A program made the translations under genes and the position numbers. Shown piece after piece: positions 57,889 through 64,000 of a stretch of 64,000 nt of DNA. Location of the stretch: positions 64,001 to 128,000 of the forward strand of contig JAZJZK010000007.1 of assembly GCA_040389905.1 (NCBI GenBank). Direction: 5' to 3'. Every line of letters starts with the position of its first letter. Within the stretch, counting starts at the first letter, position 1. The notes under the pieces were generated by a model. The model was not told where the DNA came from, made no database searches, and saw nothing but the letters and a program-made list of their open reading frames with translations. The stretch is from Gemmatimonadota bacterium. Its GTDB lineage: Bacteria > Gemmatimonadota > Gemmatimonadetes > Gemmatimonadales > Gemmatimonadaceae.

Positions 57889-58575
57889 ATGACGATCAGG
57901 CTCATCGCAACAGTCATCATTGCTGCGTCCAGCATTGCAACGGTCGCCTATGCGCGGTCCTCCGACGCCGCCACGGCATCGAACGCCCACAGCGTCGTTG
58001 GAACGAGCATGGCGGCCGGAGCGATTCGCTTCTCTGTGGCGCCCACGGGCAACGCGGCACGCTATCGCGTTCGCGAGCAACTCATGGGGAAGGATTTCCC
58101 GAACGACGCCATCGGGGAGACATCGCAGATCACCGGCGCCATCGTCGTTGACAGCACCAGCGGAGCGCTCGTCAGTGCGCAGTCGAAGTTTGTCGTCAAC
58201 ACGGGGGCCTTGAAGAGCGACAGCGATCGCCGCGACGGTTATGTGCGCGGTCGGGTTCTCGAGGTGGAGAAGTTTCCCACCGTCGAGCTGGTCCCGACGG
58301 CTTTCAAGGGCATCACGGCAGCGGCCGTGAATGGAGCAGGGCCTGTCACGTTCGACGTCATCGGCAATCTCACCGTCCGCGGCGTCACACGCCCGACAAC
58401 ATGGCGTGTGACCGCTCGGCAGGCGGGCGGACGCGTCACCGGCACTGCGGCGACGAAATTCACCTTCGCGGATTTCAGCATCAATCCGCCACGCGTGCCG
58501 ATTCTCCTCAGCGTGGCGGACACCATCGCGCTGGAGTACGATTTCACGCTCACACGGGATGGCGTGGTTCGCTGA
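57889..58575 (+). CDS. YceI-family protein
   Basis: YRVREQL, LKSD..RRD, GNLTVRGVTRP, DFSI..P. Confidence 0.88.
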   Translation: MTIRLIATVIIAASSIATVAYARSSDAATASNAHSVVGTSMAAGAIRFSVAPTGNAARYRVREQLMGKDFPNDAIGETSQITGAIVVDSTSGALVSAQSKFVVNTGALKSDSDRRDGYVRGRVLEVEKFPTVELVPTAFKGITAAAVNGAGPVTFDVIGNLTVRGVTRPTTWRVTARQAGGRVTGTAATKFTFADFSINPPRVPILLSVADTIALEYDFTLTRDGVVR

Positions 58576-58583
58576 CCCCTTCG

Positions 58584-58745
58584 GAGCCTGAGCTCGAGCT
58601 GGAACGTGAGCTGTGAGCAGGAGCGGGAGCGTGAGCGTCAGCCTTGAGCAATGAGCAGCTCAGAGCTTGAGCTTGAGCTTGAGCTTGAGCTTGAGCTTGA
58701 GCTTGAGCTACAAGCTCGAGCTGCAAGCTCTTGCTTGCTCGAGGC
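58584..58745. repeat. 6-bp-period GAGC array including perfect (GAGCTT)7
   Basis: GAGCTT x7 at 58663-58704 with degenerate flanks. Confidence 0.9.
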
Positions 58746-58909
58746 TGGAAGGGCACGCTCCTGCTCAATCGGGCCCTCGCAATGAGTCGTACGGCGCGTC
58801 ATGTTACCTGACGGAGGGCTGGACCGCCCGATGCCTACCTCATGCAACCGCCGCCCGAACGACGCACGTTTCCAGGCTTGGCGCGACTGATGCCCTCGGT
58901 CGCAGCAGG

Positions 58910-60865
58910 ATGAGCACGTCCGACGACGCACGCGCCGAGCGCGAAGCGCACGACGTCCAGCAGGCGCTGTTCGACACCGCGCTCGATTGCTTCATCACCA
59001 TGGATGCCGACGGCTGCGTGCTCTCGTTCAATCGCGCCGCCGAGGAGACTTTCGGGTACACACGCGACGAGGCCGTGGGGAAGGCGCTCGTTGACCTGAT
59101 CGTGCCGGCAGAACTCAGCGACGCTCACCGGCATGGGCTCGCCCGGTACGTCAGCACAGGGAAGTCCAACATCCTCGGCCGGCGCCTCGACATGCGCGCA
59201 CGGAAAAAGGACGGCACCGAGTTCCCGGTAGAGATGGCCATCGTGCAGATCTCCGCCGATGGACCACTCATCTTCGCCGGAACCCTCCGCGATATCAGTG
59301 CGCGCCTGGCCACAGAGGAGGCGCTTCGCGCCAGTGAAGAGCGCTACCGCTTCGTGTCACTCGCCACCGACAGCGTGGTCTGGGATTGGGACATCACCAC
59401 GGGCACACTCGCGTGGAACGATGCGGTTGCGACCGTGTTCGGCTACGAACCGAGCGACATCCAGAATACCTTCGCGTGGTGGAACGAACGAATCCATCCC
59501 GACGACGCACGCCGAATACAGGACAGCGTCCACGAGGTCATTGACGGCACGGGCACGACGTGGCAGGAGCAATATCGCTTCCGTCGCGGCGACGGCCGCT
59601 ATGCACCCGTCCTCGATCGCGGGTACGTGGCCAGGAATGCCGCCGGCGAGCCCGTGCGCATGATTGGCGCGATGGCCGACCTCACCCAGCAGCACCAGCT
59701 GGAAGAGCGACTGCGCCAATCGCAGAAGATGGAAGCCGTTGGCCAGCTCGCTGGTGGCATCGCGCACGACATGAACAACCTGCTGGCCGCCATCATGGGC
59801 AACCTCGAATTCGTCAACGAGGATTTGCCCGGCGATCATCCGGTGCGCCCGGATCTGGATGAGGTCAATCACGCCGTGTCGCGCGCGCGTGCCCTGGTAC
59901 AGCAACTCCTCACCTTCAGCCGCAAGCAGCCGATCCAACCGCAGCGCCTGCGACTCGGCGAGATCGTGACGAAGGCCGAGAAGTTGCTGCGACGCCTCAT
60001 CGGTGAGGAGATCCATCTCCACGTCGAACTCTCTGCGCACGACGACGCTGTGTTTGCAGATCCGGGCCAGCTCGAGCAGGTGTTGCTCAACCTCGCCGTC
60101 AATGCGCGTGACGCGATGCTCACGCCACTGCACGGGCATCCGGGCAAGGGCGGTTCTCTCGAGATCGAAGTGAGTGAAACGGTACTCGCGGAGGCGGGCG
60201 CACGCGGATGGGCCGACCTCGAGGCAGGCGCATACGTTCGGCTGTTCGTGCGTGATACCGGACATGGGATGGATCCCACGACGCGATCGCGCATCTTCGA
60301 GCCGTTCTTCACCACCAAGGAGGTCGGATCCGGGACAGGACTTGGGCTCGCCACTGTCTTCGGCATCGTGCAGCAGTGCGGCGGTGGCATCGTGGTCGAC
60401 AGCGTGAAGGGACGCGGTACGACCTTCACGATATTGCTCCCCCGCGCCGCCACCGAGGAGGATGTCGAGACCGTAACACAGCACGCACTGACGCCGTCCT
60501 CCCGTGGTCGCGTCCTGCTCGTCGAGGATGAAACGCCGGTGCGAGTGACACTGGCGCGGACCCTCACGCGCCGCGGATTCGATGTCGTCGAGGCGCGGCA
60601 TGGCGCCGACGCCCTGCGGTTATGGAATGTGCATCGCAACGAAATCAGTGTCGTCGTCACAGACCTGCGGATGCCTGAGATGGGCGGGCGGGAGCTCGTC
60701 ACGCTCCTTCATGAGGAAGATCCGATCTTGCCCGTCGTCTACGTTTCCGGGTACAGCGAAAGCACGAACTCCCTCGCGCTCGAGGAGCACGAGACGTTTC
60801 TTGAGAAGCCATTCACGGCGGACGCATTGCTCGCTGCGCTCGACCGAGTGTTGCCTCCGGCCTGA
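58910..60865 (+). CDS. PAS-PAS hybrid sensor histidine kinase / receiver
   Basis: Two PAS domains, [38 protein letters not shown], receiver TDLRMP. Confidence 0.95.
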   Translation: MSTSDDARAEREAHDVQQALFDTALDCFITMDADGCVLSFNRAAEETFGYTRDEAVGKALVDLIVPAELSDAHRHGLARYVSTGKSNILGRRLDMRARKKDGTEFPVEMAIVQISADGPLIFAGTLRDISARLATEEALRASEERYRFVSLATDSVVWDWDITTGTLAWNDAVATVFGYEPSDIQNTFAWWNERIHPDDARRIQDSVHEVIDGTGTTWQEQYRFRRGDGRYAPVLDRGYVARNAAGEPVRMIGAMADLTQQHQLEERLRQSQKMEAVGQLAGGIAHDMNNLLAAIMGNLEFVNEDLPGDHPVRPDLDEVNHAVSRARALVQQLLTFSRKQPIQPQRLRLGEIVTKAEKLLRRLIGEEIHLHVELSAHDDAVFADPGQLEQVLLNLAVNARDAMLTPLHGHPGKGGSLEIEVSETVLAEAGARGWADLEAGAYVRLFVRDTGHGMDPTTRSRIFEPFFTTKEVGSGTGLGLATVFGIVQQCGGGIVVDSVKGRGTTFTILLPRAATEEDVETVTQHALTPSSRGRVLLVEDETPVRVTLARTLTRRGFDVVEARHGADALRLWNVHRNEISVVVTDLRMPEMGGRELVTLLHEEDPILPVVYVSGYSESTNSLALEEHETFLEKPFTADALLAALDRVLPPA

Positions 60866-60902
60866 TCCTGCGCTCACGCGAATTCCTTCTAGCCTGCTCA
60901 CG

Positions 60903-61685
60903 TTGCGACTCTGGACCTTGCACCCAAAACATCTCGACGCGCGCGGCCTCGTCGCGCTGTGGCGCGAAGCACTGCTCGCGCAGGCCGTCCTCCTTGGACG
61001 TACGCGCGGGTACACGCGACATCCACAGCTCACGCGCTTCCTCGCGTCGCCGAATCCCGTGGCGGCCATCGGCAGCTATCTGGATGCGGTGCACGACGAA
61101 TCGATGGCGCGGGGCTACGAGTTCGATCATGCGCGCATCGTGCCGCATGAGCCGGCGGAGCGCATCAATGAAACGCGCGGGCAACTCGAATACGAATGGG
61201 ATCACCTGCGGGCCAAGTTGACGCTGCGCAGCCCACAGTGGTTCAACGAACACTGTGCGCGGACCCAACCGGTGGCGCACCCGTTATTTCGGATGCGAAG
61301 CGGCGGCGTCCGCGCCTGGGAGCGGGCCGTCGCCGTCGCGGCAATCGCCTTCCTGGTCACTGCGTGCGGAGGCGCGAACAGCGTGACCGCGCCGCCCACG
61401 ACGCCGACGCCACCGTTCCTCGTTCGGGCAACGGCTGGTGACGGCAGCGCGTCTGTCTCATTTACCGAACCATTGCTGAGCGGCGCGTCGGCCATCACGG
61501 GGTATACCGCGTCCTGCGTCGCGATGGGCGTCGTGAAGACTGGCACGGCTCCCTCGAGCCCGGTTACCGTGGCCGGTCTCACGAACGGAATCACCTATGT
61601 CTGCTCTGTGACGGCGACTAACACTCAGGGCATGAGCGTCGCGTCCGAGGGCGTTACCGTGACGCCCGTTGCCAAGCTTCCCTGA
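60903..61685 (+). CDS. Pyrimidine-dimer DNA glycosylase (T4 endonuclease V family) in frame with a lipobox plus fibronectin type III domain
   Basis: TTG start, MRLWTLHPKHLDARGLVALWREALLA...GYTRHPQL; then FLVTAC and Fn3 (ITGYT...GLTNG.TY...V.A.N). Confidence 0.8.
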   Translation: MRLWTLHPKHLDARGLVALWREALLAQAVLLGRTRGYTRHPQLTRFLASPNPVAAIGSYLDAVHDESMARGYEFDHARIVPHEPAERINETRGQLEYEWDHLRAKLTLRSPQWFNEHCARTQPVAHPLFRMRSGGVRAWERAVAVAAIAFLVTACGGANSVTAPPTTPTPPFLVRATAGDGSASVSFTEPLLSGASAITGYTASCVAMGVVKTGTAPSSPVTVAGLTNGITYVCSVTATNTQGMSVASEGVTVTPVAKLP

Positions 61686-61713
61686 GTGAAGCGAAGGGCC
61701 CAAACCGACGTTG

Positions 61714-62256
61714 TTATCGTTTGCTCGACGGCGGCACCATGCCGTTGATGCGCATGTAGGTGATGATGTTGCCGTAGTGTTCGGCGTCGTGCGTGGCGTT
61801 CATCATCAGCGCATAGAGGCGCGTGTGTTGCTCGCCGAATACGTCGACATTCGCCGAGACGGACGCATCGCTCTGCGCATAGGCGCGCTCGCAATTCTGG
61901 TTCGACTGCTTCATCGCGGCGATCAGGTCAGCCTTGCTCTTGGCACTCACTGCATCTTCCGGCGGCGCTTTCTCGCCGAGTGCCATCGCACAGAACATGG
62001 ACTGCGCTCCGGCGACGTGCGCGATCAGTTCGCCGAATGAACGCACTTCTGGCGTCGGCTTGAACGCGTACTTGGCTTCAGGCACATCCACGGCGGATTG
62101 GAGGACGTAGCCGCTCATCGTCCGCCAGTGACTGCGGATATCGGCAACGGCCGAGCCGGCTTTGGTCGCCATTGTCTTGGTCGTAGCGGGCGTGGCGGTC
62201 TGTGCGACGACCGGTGCGGCGGCGATTGTGAGGAGGAGGAGGGCAGTTGTACGCAT
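61714..62256 (-). CDS. DinB-family protein, secreted
   Basis: FKPTPEVRSFGELIAH; H..EHYGN..TYMR..G.VPPSS. Confidence 0.9.
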   Translation of the reverse strand: MRTTALLLLTIAAAPVVAQTATPATTKTMATKAGSAVADIRSHWRTMSGYVLQSAVDVPEAKYAFKPTPEVRSFGELIAHVAGAQSMFCAMALGEKAPPEDAVSAKSKADLIAAMKQSNQNCERAYAQSDASVSANVDVFGEQHTRLYALMMNATHDAEHYGNIITYMRINGMVPPSSKR

Positions 62257-62347
62257 TGTCGGTCGGGTAGAGTGGTGGGTTGGGAAAACTCGCCAGTGCG
62301 GCCCGGAACGGCAACACGCCGCTGCCAACTGCAAGCGAATATCAAGC

Positions 62348-62402
62348 GCAGATGTCCCAGAGGACCCCGTCCTTCTCTGTGTCCTCTGTGTCCTCTGTGG
62401 TT
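62348..62402. repeat. Degenerate CACAGAG/CTCTGTG repeat related to the CGCAGAG family
   Basis: ttctctgtgtcctctgtgtcctctgtggtt. Confidence 0.6.
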
Positions 62403-62468
62403 AGGGTGTTTTGTTCCGCATCCCGACACCGCATTTGACGCGAACGAATTGCCGAGTACTATCGAGGG

Positions 62469-63539
62469 ATGAACATCCGGCTCATTCTCGCATGGCTGCA
62501 TCTCATTGCCCTTTCGTTCGGCCTTGCGGGTGTGTGGGCACGTGCGCGTGGCATGCGCGAATCCCTGCGGCATCCCGACGACGCGAGCCTCATCCGCCGA
62601 GCATTCGTCGGCGACGCCTGGTGGGGAGTCGCCGCGATACTCTGGCTCATCACCGGTGTCTGGCGCCTCGTCAAGGGAACCGAGAAGAGCCCATCGTACT
62701 ACATGACGAACCAGGCCTTCCTGCTCAAAATGGGCTTGTTTCTCACGATCGTCGCGCTCGAGATCTGGCCGATGATGACGCTCATTCGCTGGCGGACGAA
62801 GAAGGCGGTGCCCAACCAGCGCGATGTCGGGCGCATCGAGATCATCAGCTATGTCCAGTGCGCACTCGTCGTCGTGATGGTGTTCGCCGCCGTGAGTATG
62901 GCGCGCGGCTTTGGATCCGGCGCGAGCGCAGCACCGTTGAATACACCCGGCGCGACGCCGACCTCAGATGCCACGCCGCGACCGGCCAACGGCGCGCCGA
63001 ACACCGCAGTCCCCGCGAACACAGCGCCGGTGGACGTGATCGATCCAGTTCTCCCGAGCGGCACGGAGATTGTCACGGACGCCGACATCGCCCTGCTGAC
63101 GCGCAGCATCGCGATGCCGCTCGACGGCGTCGATCCCGCCAAGCTCCACAGCAGCTTCGACGAACGACGAGGCGGTGGAACTCGGCCGCATGAGGCGCTC
63201 GATCTCATGGCCGCGCGCGGCACACCTGTGAAATCGGCAACGGGCGGGAGGGTGCTCAGGCTCTTCAACAGCGTGCCCGGCGGATTGATGGTCTACGCGG
63301 CCGATTCCTCGGAGCGCTTCATCCTGATGTACGGGCACCTCGACGGGTACGCGGCCGGCCTGCATGATGGCTCGCCACTCGTACGAGGGCAGGTGATCGG
63401 ATACGTCGGCTCGACTGGCAATGCCCAGGAGAATGCGCCGCACCTGCACTTTGCCATCGCACGCAGTGCCGACGTGAAGCAGTGGTCGAAAGGCAAGCCA
63501 ATCGACCCGCTTCCGCTGCTGCAGCATTCGTCGCGCTGA
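62469..63539 (+). CDS. DUF2214-like membrane domain fused to M23 metallopeptidase
   Basis: LH...D..WG.AA...TG..R....K...YY..N..F..K...MARGFG; then HEALD and HLHF. Confidence 0.82.
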   Translation: MNIRLILAWLHLIALSFGLAGVWARARGMRESLRHPDDASLIRRAFVGDAWWGVAAILWLITGVWRLVKGTEKSPSYYMTNQAFLLKMGLFLTIVALEIWPMMTLIRWRTKKAVPNQRDVGRIEIISYVQCALVVVMVFAAVSMARGFGSGASAAPLNTPGATPTSDATPRPANGAPNTAVPANTAPVDVIDPVLPSGTEIVTDADIALLTRSIAMPLDGVDPAKLHSSFDERRGGGTRPHEALDLMAARGTPVKSATGGRVLRLFNSVPGGLMVYAADSSERFILMYGHLDGYAAGLHDGSPLVRGQVIGYVGSTGNAQENAPHLHFAIARSADVKQWSKGKPIDPLPLLQHSSR

Positions 63540-63557
63540 GAACGAATGCAGGACATG

Positions 63558-63629
63558 TTCGTTTTGTCGCCCTGAGCCCTTCGTCGCTCGCGCTCCTCGA
63601 GGGTAAACTCCGCGAAGGGCCTGCACCTG
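63558..63629 (+). repeat. REP-like family B copy with expanded loop
   Basis: ttcgttttgtcgccctgagc...gcgaagggcctgcacct. Confidence 0.8.
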
Positions 63630-63908
63630 CCGCAGTTGCAGTTGTGAAGTTTGCTGTAGCCGAGCGCGACCGCAGAGCGTGGCACACCAACTGCTTTTAA
63701 GGAGCCCACTCATGAGTGGAGACTCCAGTATGCGCGACGGACATCGGGACGACGATCGTGGGCTTCCTCGCAAGGGCGGCGGGCGCCGTCGCATCCGGCG
63801 AGCTGAAGAAGCCGCGCACCCGCCCGTCGCGCGACAGAAGTCAGACAAGAACCTCGAAAAACTCTTGAAAGCGCGCCAGGAATACCTGAAGAGTCCGCGA
63901 ACGACCCT

Positions 63909-64000
63909 TCACTGACGAGGGGGCAGGGTCAGTGCGCTACGCGTCGTCACATCGACCGTGTAGCCGTCTTTGGCCAGCAGCGATTCCAGCAATTGGCGCG
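63909..64000 (-). CDS. 3' end of a gene entering from outside the window
   Basis: RQLLESLLAKDGYTVDVTTRSALTLPPRQ*; too short to assign. Confidence 0.35.
   Translation of the reverse strand, partial: RQLLESLLAKDGYTVDVTTRSALTLPPRQ

Noticed and set aside
63679..63915. 78-aa ORF at the right end
   Set aside because: No motif, uncertain start and overlap with a convergent gene end; cannot be supported

Overview
High-GC bacterial chromosome segment, probably Gemmatimonadota (inferred from gene content and repeat types). From left to right it contains: a galT/IMPase/GHMP-kinase sugar operon; a cytochrome c'-beta/P460-fold gene; an FHA/Ser-Thr kinase/PP2C/FHA-protease operon; an amidase and a BamA/TamA-like gene; two of three secreted proteins that share a tandem cohesin+dockerin N-terminus (the third is at 47.8-51.5 kb); and class II ribonucleotide reductase nrdJ. 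An AT-richer island follows (about 26.2-37.0 kb). It carries an intact two-gene unit (1527-aa STAS/GHKL-ATPase/double-PRTase protein plus a receiver-APH-kinase), a shattered and partly inverted hsdS, a frameshifted rhuM and two PIN toxin-antitoxin pairs. Beyond the island are an orphan gene flanked by a 21-bp tandem array and a symmetric 12-bp-period inverted array, a trpS with an unannotated WRW leader-peptide attenuator, peptidases, an ABC exporter, a hybrid histidine kinase and two unusual gene fusions. No rRNA, intact tRNA, CRISPR array, integrase or transposase was found. The best candidates for undescribed systems are the PRTase/kinase island unit, the cohesin-dockerin family and the repeat-flanked orphan locus. 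All domain calls come from motifs recognised by eye; no searches were run.
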